DNA of 64,000 nt from IMG/VR virus record IMGVR_UViG_3300031537_000001, positions 1 to 64,000 of that record, one strand, 5' to 3'. Both the position numbers and the translations under genes were made by a program. Below the pieces are notes generated by a model, which did not search any database, was not told where the DNA came from, and saw only the letters and a list, made by a program, of their open reading frames with translations. This document shows positions 19,900 to 28,051 of the stretch, piece after piece (positions within the stretch are counted from its first letter, which is position 1; each line of letters begins with the position of its first letter). This DNA is from a virus.

Positions 19900-20421
19900 A
19901 TGAAAAATCAAAAAGAAATAATTATTCAAGTACCTGAAGGGTATGAGATAGATGAAGAAAAAAGTACATTTGAAAAAATAGTATTTAAAGAAGTTAAAGA
20001 AGTGTTAACTTATAAAGATGTAGCAATAAGTTTATTCAAAGATAAAACAGTAGCTACTATAGCTGGTAAAAGTAAAGTTATTACTTGGGAAGTAGAAGAA
20101 GAGGAGGAAGATATAATGGAACTCACAAATTCTATAACAGAAGAACAACTAGAATCAATATTAGCTCTTAACAAACTATGTAATGTAGCCAAATTTTTAA
20201 ATGGTTATTGGTTGCCTGAAAGAAAAAGAGGAGGTAATGATAAATGGTTTCATTATATTAATTATGAATCATTCGAAAGTTCTGAATCAACATTAAAAAT
20301 AAGTAAAACCAACATTGTACAATATAGTATAGTGTATTTTAAATCTAAAAAATTAGCAGAACAAGCTATTGAGATTTTGGGAGAAGAAGAGATAAGAAAA
20401 GCTTTAACTTTAAATCATTGA
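19900..20421 (+). CDS. Hypothetical Bacteroidota-phage protein
   Basis: VPEGYEIDEEKSTFEKIVFK...YFKSKKLAEQAIEILG. Confidence 0.65.
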   Translation: MKNQKEIIIQVPEGYEIDEEKSTFEKIVFKEVKEVLTYKDVAISLFKDKTVATIAGKSKVITWEVEEEEEDIMELTNSITEEQLESILALNKLCNVAKFLNGYWLPERKRGGNDKWFHYINYESFESSESTLKISKTNIVQYSIVYFKSKKLAEQAIEILGEEEIRKALTLNH

Positions 20422-20424
20422 TTT

Positions 20425-20802
20425 ATGAAAAATTTAGAAATTTATGAAGGTTTACATAACGTAGAGTTAAGAAACTTTATTGGAAGAACTTTAACTAGAG
20501 CAAATTGGAAATTCCCTATAAAACAGATTGAAGCTCTTGAAATAGCTATTGAATTAGAACGTAATTCTAATAATAATATTTGGCAGATAACTATTTTAAA
20601 TTCAAAAATAGATATAGTAAAGGCTCAGGATAGACTAAAGTATTCTGAGACTATGTATGCTCTTGGTCTAATAATGAAAATGTTTGGTTATGAAGAATTT
20701 GATATACCTGATGATATTGAAGATTATAATCCTGAAACATATGTACCTTTTATAGGAACTCAAAAGGAATTTAAAGATTTGCTTAAAAAACATCAAAAAT
20801 AA
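20425..20802 (+). CDS. Hypothetical protein
   Basis: 125-aa ORF. Confidence 0.6.
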   Translation: MKNLEIYEGLHNVELRNFIGRTLTRANWKFPIKQIEALEIAIELERNSNNNIWQITILNSKIDIVKAQDRLKYSETMYALGLIMKMFGYEEFDIPDDIEDYNPETYVPFIGTQKEFKDLLKKHQK

Positions 20803-20808
20803 GTAAGT

Positions 20809-21492
20809 ATGAATTATAAAATTATAGCAGATTTAGATATATTAAATAATTTCATTAAATGGCTTCCAGAATTAGAGTATAATGAAACTTTTTATGTTTG
20901 TCTATTTGCTTGTAAAAAATATTGTCAACATTTGGTGCATATTGCATCAGATAAAGGACAGATGAAACGATTTACATCTAAAAAAGATTATCTTATTCAA
21001 AAGATTAAACAATTAGAATGTGAAGTTGGTAATTATACTGTAAAAGGTGTAATAGCTCCTCAAGAAAGCTTAGTATTATACATTAATCCTAATCCGAGGA
21101 ATGTAGAAAAAGCTGCTAAAAATTCTTTAATACATTTAGCTCATTTAATAACAAAACCTTATAGTGGATGGAATCCTCAAGCAGAAGTTATTTCTGAAAT
21201 TCAAAAAGCTAAAAGTAGAACTATATATTTTGATTTAGATTTTGATGGTGTTGAAATTGACTTTATAAAATTTCATTTATTGGAAGATATAACTAAAGAA
21301 GCCTGTCATTTTCTTAAAACAAGAGGAGGTTTTCATTTATTAATAGAACCAAGTAAAATAGAAAAAAAATATAAAAAAACTTGGTATAAAAAGGTTATAT
21401 CTTTACCTGGAATAGATATTAAAGGAGATAATATGATTCCTGTACCAGGATGTTATCAAGGTAGTTTTATACCTCGTTTTATAAAAACATGA
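20809..21492 (+). CDS. AEP/PrimPol-fold protein
   Basis: IYFDLDFD (DxD) and TRGGFHLL (motif II His). Confidence 0.6.
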   Translation: MNYKIIADLDILNNFIKWLPELEYNETFYVCLFACKKYCQHLVHIASDKGQMKRFTSKKDYLIQKIKQLECEVGNYTVKGVIAPQESLVLYINPNPRNVEKAAKNSLIHLAHLITKPYSGWNPQAEVISEIQKAKSRTIYFDLDFDGVEIDFIKFHLLEDITKEACHFLKTRGGFHLLIEPSKIEKKYKKTWYKKVISLPGIDIKGDNMIPVPGCYQGSFIPRFIKT

Positions 21493-21539
21493 TAAAAGTC
21501 ATGTTTTTTAATAAGTTAAATCTTTATATTTAAAAACTT

Positions 21540-21603
21540 AATAAGTTCATTGATATTATTTCAAAAGTTTGTTTGGACGTGGGTTCGATTCCCATCAGCT
21601 CCA
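21540..21603 (+). ncRNA. ssrA: Permuted tmRNA, acceptor piece (3' part of the tRNA-like domain)
   Basis: GGAC-GTGGG-TTCGATT-CCCAT-CAGCTCC-A; upstream bases pair with the coding piece (P2). Confidence 0.88.
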
Positions 21604-21821
21604 CATATGGGGTGTTTTTGGTTGATTTTATATTTAAAGCTAAACGAATACTAGTATAAGTTTAGGAAAGGGTATAAATGAAGTGAAAATTCGTTGTAAC
21701 ATGTACCAATAGTGCGAACACCTCGCCTGCATCGATTTCGCCAATTGATAATGAATGTTGATCTGAATTAACAGGGATTTTGAGGAAGTTACGGTACTTC
21801 CAACATTCATTTTTAAAACAT

Positions 21822-21967
21822 GGGGCTGATTTTGGTTTTGACAGCAAAGTAATAGAAGTAAAGGAGAGCTTATTAGCTGTGTAAACGGCAACATAATTAA
21901 TTTATTTGATAGGAAACTAGCAATGGTTGCCTAACAACGAGACTGAGGGAAGCGAAAGTTCCCTCAC
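21822..21967 (+). ncRNA. ssrA: Permuted tmRNA, coding piece, with tag frame 21887-21934 GNIINLFDRKLAMVA*
   Basis: GGGGCTGATTTTGGTTTTGAC 5' end; TAAAC-GGC resume context; tag ends in Ala-stop; terminal hairpin TGAGGGAA/TTCCCTCA. Confidence 0.88.
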
Positions 21968-21969
21968 AT

Positions 21970-22042
21970 TGAGAAATAACTCAGTTGGTAGAGTGACACG
22001 CTGTTAACGTGTAAGTCGTAGGTTCGAGTCCTACTTTCTCAG
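21970..22042 (+). tRNA. tRNA-Asn(GTT)
   Basis: TGAGAAA/TTTCTCA acceptor; ACACG-CTGTTAA-CGTGT anticodon arm; GTAGG-TTCGAGT-CCTAC T arm; CCA not encoded. Confidence 0.92.
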
Positions 22043-22319
22043 CTATAATAAACTTCTATTCAAGTAATTATGATGTAGAAACTCTCAAAAGGGACCAATG
22101 AAGTAATTATTAAATACATGTTAGAATAGGAGTTTATTTTCTTACAAAAACTAACTAAAAATATACAATCATGAGAGAATTTTTAATAGTATTGGCAATC
22201 TATTATATGTATAGATTGTTTAAATGGTTTAATAAAAAATGTAAACCAGAAGATATTGGTATTATGGATTTAAAGGATTAGATTCCATTATTGAAGATTA
22301 ATAATTAAAACTGATTACT

Positions 22320-22556
22320 ATGGGAAAACTAATGGATAGACTACAAAAACAATTAAAAAATCCTGAAACTAAACAAGATGCTGAAGATTGTATTAAAATA
22401 TATAATTATCTTGAAGAACAATCTGGGGGACATGTATGGTCTTCGCAATGGGGACCGTTGACGAATGTAAAATTCAAAGGTTTCCCAAGTGATGAAAGGA
22501 ATTATAGTCTTAATAATATCGGTAAATTAGTATTAAAAGGATTAGAAAATAATTAA
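22320..22556 (+). CDS. Hypothetical protein
   Basis: 78-aa ORF. Confidence 0.6.
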   Translation: MGKLMDRLQKQLKNPETKQDAEDCIKIYNYLEEQSGGHVWSSQWGPLTNVKFKGFPSDERNYSLNNIGKLVLKGLENN

Positions 22557-22567
22557 AATTGATTATT

Positions 22568-23005
22568 ATGAATATAGATAGATCCAATAAAAACTGGAAT
22601 ACCAAAATATCTGATGAAGATATTTTAAATGAAGAGTTCTCAATAGGTTATTTATTACAAACTAATCTACATAATCCATTATTAGCTGAATTAAAAGATA
22701 AAGTTTTATCTACTTATAATGTAACTGCAAAATTTGAATGGTTAGGTTATAACGGTGCTTCTATTTATTGTAATGGTCAAAAATTAGTTTATAGAAAAGA
22801 TAAATTTTCAAACTTTAGTATAGGTAAAAATGTTCAAGTAATAGAACACAATTTATCTACTAACGGAGGTGGTTCAAATAATTATCCATCCATAGCGTAT
22901 AAAGGTGCAAGTATAATATTGCAATTTATTTCTTATGGATTGCCTTATGTAAATAAAACAAACGGATGGAATATAAATATAATTAGTTTAGATAAAATTG
23001 AATAA
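22568..23005 (+). CDS. Hypothetical protein
   Basis: About 145-aa ORF. Confidence 0.6.
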   Translation: MNIDRSNKNWNTKISDEDILNEEFSIGYLLQTNLHNPLLAELKDKVLSTYNVTAKFEWLGYNGASIYCNGQKLVYRKDKFSNFSIGKNVQVIEHNLSTNGGGSNNYPSIAYKGASIILQFISYGLPYVNKTNGWNINIISLDKIE

Positions 23006-24003
23006 AAACATTAAATCCTAAACTTGAAGATTAAACAAGTTAAACTCTCATCCAATTTGCGGGTTAAATATGTAGAGGTGCTCTTAGTTATGTACAGACG
23101 ACGGTGAGACTGAAAAGAAGTGATACAGTTAGAGATAGCAACCCTATGAGAGTTTATTTAAAATATTATCAAAAACCAGTAATGGAAGTTTGTAATTAAT
23201 GCCATCTGAAATATGGTGAAATTCGTTACGGCTAGATTACAAACTATTTTGATAATATAAGTGAATATTTGTATTAACAATCCTACTTCCAAAAGGGATA
23301 TTTGGGACTTGGAGAGAACAACAACCTATTGAAAAATATAGTTATAGTGGTTTATACAATAGTTAATATAATTATCCCTCACTTATTTTACATAATTTTG
23401 TATAAAAATATATTTGTTATGAAATATAAATCAATTAAAGTGTGTTGTAATATTATTAAAACTACAACATCTTCGAGAGAAAAATTAATTGCTCAATTTT
23501 TACTATTAAGATTGATTAATAAAGGTATACGTAAAGACATTAATTAAAGAGTTGTTGTACAACTATCCAGTAAGTTCCTGGCCAATTTAACTGTCAATGA
23601 CTGTGTTAGGTTGAGAAATTTAACCTCACCAACTACTTAGGTATTGGTACAGATGAAAACGAGGTGAATGGAGTTAGCTGTTGAGACTCCATAGAATAAA
23701 GTATCTAAGTCAATTTATTTGATATGATAACAATATAATACAAACAAGGTGGCCCGTGAAACTTTGAAACATAAAAGGACCGGAAAATGTTCCTCTATCT
23801 GTTTGTATTGGCAGCTAAATAAGTTTGTGGTTTATCCAACTTTTAATGGGAAGGGATCTACGAAACAATTATTTAGCATTCAAATATGAAAGTATTTGTC
23901 TTATAATTTTATTATTAATTGTGGGATTCATCAAGCGAGTTTCCTTAATAAAATTAATTGTGCAATCCTGGGTTGATAACCAGGAAAATATAAATTCAAA
24001 GTT

Positions 24004-24207
24004 ATGATTAAAAATAAAGATTTAGCAATAGAAAAACTTCCGTCAAGAATAAGATATTATTTATTAGATTGGAAAGATTCACATATGGATGAATATGTTT
24101 ATAAATATGGTGAAATAAGTTTATGTAATTTAACATTAAAGCAATTAAAAGGTTTATATACTTATGTATGTATAAAAGATGCTGAATTATTAATAGGGAT
24201 AAAATAA
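24004..24207 (+). CDS. Hypothetical protein
   Basis: 67-aa ORF between structured RNA elements. Confidence 0.5.
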   Translation: MIKNKDLAIEKLPSRIRYYLLDWKDSHMDEYVYKYGEISLCNLTLKQLKGLYTYVCIKDAELLIGIK

Positions 24208-24666
24208 AGATTTGGTAACTAAATAATTAAAGATGACATTCATAATTATTTAGTCAATATTGTTGTTTAATATGTAAAATAAAAAGTATGCTTACAACCC
24301 TTATTTGGTAATGTTGAAATAGTATATAGATTATTAAACAACTTTATTGTGTTTTGATTAATACGAAAGTATAATAGCAGGATGAAGTGATAGTACGTAA
24401 TGTTCAAATCTATCATTAATCAAAACTTATCAAATCTTTTTAAAATATAAAATCTTTCTGCTTATGAAGCATTTAATATGCAGCCAATTAAGTTTGTGAA
24501 CCGTTAGTCGTAGATTTGGCAAATCAGTTTGTGGATTAAGATAGATTTACTATGTAATGCATAGTCCAATTGTAGTAGCTAAAATGCGAATAGGCGGTTA
24601 AGTAACTATTACCTTGCCAGGTACAGAAGGATTTTTTTTATTAATATTCAACTAAATTTAAATATT

Positions 24667-24759
24667 ATGATTTTAGATGTTTTTAATAGGATGAAAAGAG
24701 CTGGTGCTATTGCATTAGTAATTGTTGGAGCAGTTGTGTTAGCAATTGTTTTACTTTAA
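24667..24759 (+). CDS. 30-aa single-TM microprotein (MILDVFNRMKRAGAIALVIVGAVVLAIVLL)
   Basis: Read from the sequence; AACTAAA leader; terminator follows. Confidence 0.55.
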   Translation: MILDVFNRMKRAGAIALVIVGAVVLAIVLL

Positions 24760-24765
24760 TAGTAT

Positions 24766-24806
24766 AACAAAACTACTTAATTAAATTTTTAAGTAGTTTT
24801 GTTTTT
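24766..24806 (+). terminator. Terminator hairpin
   Basis: AACAAAACTACTTAA...TTAAGTAGTTTTGTT plus T-rich tail. Confidence 0.6.
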
Positions 24807-24978
24807 AATTTTGTTTATATGAAGGACGGATTATATAAGGTTACAACCAAATATTTATGTGCTGGATTTGTAATTAAAAATAATAAAATAGTAAAATGTG
24901 CTCCAATACTTAGAAACAAAATAAAGTATTGGGTTACAATTGCTAGATTTATATGTGAAACTAACTAAAATAAAATAT

Positions 24979-25227
24979 ATGGAAACAATTGAAGAAATTG
25001 CAAGAAAACATGCTAATTTAAAAAAAGGATTTGATATAGCAGAAGAAGAATACTATAATTCAACAGGAATGAATGCTTATTATTCTTTTATAGAAGGAGC
25101 TAAGTGGAAAGAAGAGCAAGATTCTGAAGAATTTGAATGTATACGGTCTTTTATAAGAAGCGAACATTTAACTGCTAAATTAGAATTATATTCTAAAGAT
25201 TGGTTTAATAAAAATAAAAAGGAATGA
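24979..25227 (+). CDS. Hypothetical phage protein (METIEE...FIEGAKW)
   Basis: ATG at 24979 with AACTAA leader. Confidence 0.6.
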   Translation: METIEEIARKHANLKKGFDIAEEEYYNSTGMNAYYSFIEGAKWKEEQDSEEFECIRSFIRSEHLTAKLELYSKDWFNKNKKE

Positions 25228-25673
25228 AAGAATCAACAGAAAGTATAAAGCCTAATGATATTGCACCGAAACTGGTGTTTTATTCATTGAGATGTCTCTT
25301 TAGTCTTATTAATAGAAAGAATAAAGACAAAAATCCGAAAGATTATCCTGGTAGCGGTTCTATTAAATTAGTAGATTAGTATGAGGAATCTTAAACTGCG
25401 ATTATATGTAATTTGGAAAGAAATAGTGCTTTTCTTTAGACCAAAATTACGTAAAGAAATAAAAGAAATGGTTGATAAATTTAAAAAGGATTAATATGGC
25501 TAAGAAATTAAATACTAAAGAGTACTCGGAAGATTTATCTGATAGAATAAAAGCTCAGTTGAAAAAGGCAAATAAAGTTACAAATAAATTCAATAAACCT
25601 GTATCTAAACGTAGTCATTTTTTGTCTTTTGGATTTCATGACAGGATAAAAGATGAAAAAGAGTAACAAAATA

Positions 25674-25748
25674 CCCCTTCACTCTAAGGAAACACAGTAG
25701 TGGGGCTATGCAAGAAACATAGGATAGGTTCAATTCCTATTGAAGGGG
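25674..25748 (+). ncRNA. tRNA-like element with an atypical D and anticodon region
   Basis: CCCCTTCA/TGAAGGGG acceptor-like stem stacked on an ATAGG-TTCAATT-CCTAT T arm. Confidence 0.55.
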
Positions 25749-25776
25749 CTTTAATAAATTAACTAAATAACTAATT

Positions 25777-26052
25777 ATGCCATTAAGAATTAAATTTGTA
25801 AAGGATATCGAGAAAGATTATAAAGATGTTCATCATAGTATTGATATTGTAGCTTTAATTGAAGGTATCTTAACTACTTTAGATGATTCTGAATATATAG
25901 AATTGTTAAAAGGTATATTGAAACGAAAAGAATTAAGTTCTAATAAATTAATGCAATTAGTTGCATATTTTTGCAATGAATTACGAAATAGGAAATTAAA
26001 TCCTGCTCAAAAGAATGCATTAAAATCTTATTTTAAGGAGTTTGATTTGTAA
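25777..26052 (+). CDS. Hypothetical protein
   Basis: 91-aa ORF. Confidence 0.55.
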   Translation: MPLRIKFVKDIEKDYKDVHHSIDIVALIEGILTTLDDSEYIELLKGILKRKELSSNKLMQLVAYFCNELRNRKLNPAQKNALKSYFKEFDL

Positions 26053-26070
26053 TCAATTAAAATCAAATAT

Positions 26071-26400
26071 ATGAAACGCACAATTTTTATTCTAGTAGTT
26101 GCTTTTACAATAATGGCTTCTAGCTGTAAGGATAAAGTAACTATAAATCCGATTGTAGGAGGTTGGGAATATGTTGATGATCTTAATGATATAACATTTT
26201 TATTTACTGAAGAAGGACAGTTTACATATGCAAATACAGAATTAAATGTGTATGAAACCGGAACTTATGAAGTAATGGATGATCATGTAATAATTTATTT
26301 GGGTTACGCTACTTTAGATTATAAATTTAGAATAGAAAACAATAAATTATTTATTATTACTGAGTTCAGTAATGCATATGAATTCATAAGATTTTTATAA
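26071..26400 (+). CDS. Lipoprotein with a lipocalin-like domain
   Basis: Lipobox MASS-C; IVGGW, F.F.EEG and GTYEV motifs. Confidence 0.7.
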   Translation: MKRTIFILVVAFTIMASSCKDKVTINPIVGGWEYVDDLNDITFLFTEEGQFTYANTELNVYETGTYEVMDDHVIIYLGYATLDYKFRIENNKLFIITEFSNAYEFIRFL

Positions 26401-26500
26401 AAGGAGATTAGTTTCTCCTTTTTACTCGACTAAGCGAGTATAAATAGGTGTTAAGCTTAGTGCGTTGAAAAGGTCACATTAATAATTAATACATATAAAA

Positions 26501-26929
26501 ATGAAAATTTTAGGACGTAAACACAAAAGTGTGGATGAAGTCATTAAACAATTAGAAAAAAAAGGTTGTTTAATAACCACAGATCAGGCTATTACTAAAA
26601 GGGTTACTGATTATAAGTTACCTAGTGAAACCTTTATAAAAGACAAGTATGAAAAATATTTAAAAGGTGTAAATAGAAAAGAGCTTGAGAAAGATACCTA
26701 TTTATTGGGTATTGATGCAGCAAATGAAAAATATTTTTCGGAATTTAAAGAAAAGAATTCTGATTTATTTAGAGCTACTCCAGTTCAAAGAACAATTGTT
26801 ATTCAAGCTGAATATACAATTAATCTTGAATCAGCTACTAATATCGGTAACAAAAGTTGGGGTAAAATTGATTTTTTAGTAAATCATAACGGATTTATAG
26901 TTATTAATCAAAAATTTATGAGACAATGA
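26501..26929 (+). CDS. Hypothetical protein
   Basis: 142 aa; IGNKSWGKIDFLVN motif. Confidence 0.6.
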   Translation: MKILGRKHKSVDEVIKQLEKKGCLITTDQAITKRVTDYKLPSETFIKDKYEKYLKGVNRKELEKDTYLLGIDAANEKYFSEFKEKNSDLFRATPVQRTIVIQAEYTINLESATNIGNKSWGKIDFLVNHNGFIVINQKFMRQ

Positions 26930-27129
26930 TCATACAAAGAAAACATCCGATGACTGGGAAATTGAATTCCTTGGATTTAAATGTTACTGAAGCTCAGTAT
27001 AGACATTATTGTAATGGAACTAAAGTTCAAGATGCTTTTCCTTATTTAAGTGCAGATGAATGCGAATTTTTAATATCTGGACTATTGCCAGGAGAATTTG
27101 ATGATTTATTTTATGAAGAGGAGATCTAA
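26926..27129 (+). CDS. Conserved small phage protein
   Basis: VQDAFPYLSADECEFLISG motif. Confidence 0.65.
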   Translation: MIIQRKHPMTGKLNSLDLNVTEAQYRHYCNGTKVQDAFPYLSADECEFLISGLLPGEFDDLFYEEEI

Positions 27130-27147
27130 ATTCTTAAATCTAAAACT

Positions 27148-27333
27148 ATGGATATCACAACTATTATTTTATTATCAGGTATAGGATTACTTGGTATAAT
27201 CCTTTTTGTTGTTCTTTGGAAATTTCAAAGATCAGAAAAACGGTTAAAAAAGGCTCAAAGACAAGCGGCTCAAAAATTATTGGGTTCTGTTGAAACAGAA
27301 GCTAACTTTTATATGCGCGATAAGTCTAAATAG
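27148..27333 (+). CDS. Small membrane protein
   Basis: N-terminal TM helix, basic tail. Confidence 0.55.
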   Translation: MDITTIILLSGIGLLGIILFVVLWKFQRSEKRLKKAQRQAAQKLLGSVETEANFYMRDKSK

Positions 27334-27493
27334 CAATAAGAATTAATCCAAACCATAACGGTGGGAAGGAACACTCAACGGTTAAAATCAAAAGGTAGAA
27401 ATAAGGCTATAGACAAAGGTTCTACTGGGTAATAATGAATTTGATCTTCTAAACACGGGAGATTCCGGATTCTATGGTTTGGTTTTTTGTTAT

Positions 27494-27568
27494 TGATCTC
27501 TGGTGTAATTGGCAACACATCTGATTTTGGTTCAGAAGAGTCTAGGTTTGAGACCTAGGAGATTACCA
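27494..27568 (+). tRNA. tRNA-Gln(TTG)
   Basis: TGATCTC/GAGATTA acceptor; TCTGA-TTTTGGT-TCAGA anticodon arm; T loop TTTGAGA (non-canonical C56T). Confidence 0.8.
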
Positions 27569-27573
27569 AACAA

Positions 27574-27608
27574 GACAAAGGTCGGTGGTTCGAATCCATT
27601 ATTCCAAA
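27574..27608 (+). pseudogene. Orphan tRNA 3' half
   Basis: AGGTC-GGTGG-TTCGAAT-CCATT-ATTCCAA with no adjacent 5' half. Confidence 0.6.
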
Positions 27609-27636
27609 CTAATAACAACTATTAAAATAGTATAAT

Positions 27637-27840
27637 ATGATAATAGCAAAATTCGTTCAAGAGATAATTGTAAAAGATATAGATACCAAAGGAGATGTAC
27701 AATTATCAGTTTATAAACATCCTAATGGAGGTATGTTTGCAATAGATAGCTCATATTTAGAACAAACTACGGATTGTGATGAATACCCGGTTATTCCAGA
27801 CCCATTTAGTGATGGAGATTGGATAATGTTAATTGAATAA
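27637..27840 (+). CDS. Hypothetical protein
   Basis: 67-aa ORF. Confidence 0.6.
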   Translation: MIIAKFVQEIIVKDIDTKGDVQLSVYKHPNGGMFAIDSSYLEQTTDCDEYPVIPDPFSDGDWIMLIE

Positions 27841-27872
27841 TAATTTATAAACAATAATTAAATTTAAATAGT

Positions 27873-28049
27873 ATGAATACAAAGAAGCAATTAAGATTAC
27901 AAGGTGCTCTTGAAAGATTAGAAGCACAACTTGATAGTGGAGTAAAAACTGTTAAAAAGACAGGTGAGAAACTTCCTTTAATCGATTCAGATATTAACAG
28001 AATTAATAAGGAAATTCAGAGTTTAAAGAAAAAACTTAATAAGATATAG
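27873..28049 (+). CDS. Small basic coiled-coil protein, not in the ORF track
   Basis: MNTKKQLRLQGALERLEAQL...; 58 aa filling the gap. Confidence 0.55.
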   Translation: MNTKKQLRLQGALERLEAQLDSGVKTVKKTGEKLPLIDSDINRINKEIQSLKKKLNKI

Positions 28050-28051
28050 CT

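Noticed and set aside
21640-21894. Minus-strand ORFs 21640..21894 and 21662..21847
   Set aside because: Antisense shadows of the tmRNA locus
23302-24007. ORFs 23302..23547 and 23825..24007 as annotated
   Set aside because: TTG starts run through structured non-coding elements; at most a short ORF from ATG at about 23419 is real
23041-24426. Faint resemblance of some structured elements to 23S rRNA words (GACGACGGTGAGAC, AGGACCGG, TAGTACG)
   Set aside because: Matches are too short and not collinear to support rRNA fragments or mimics without a search
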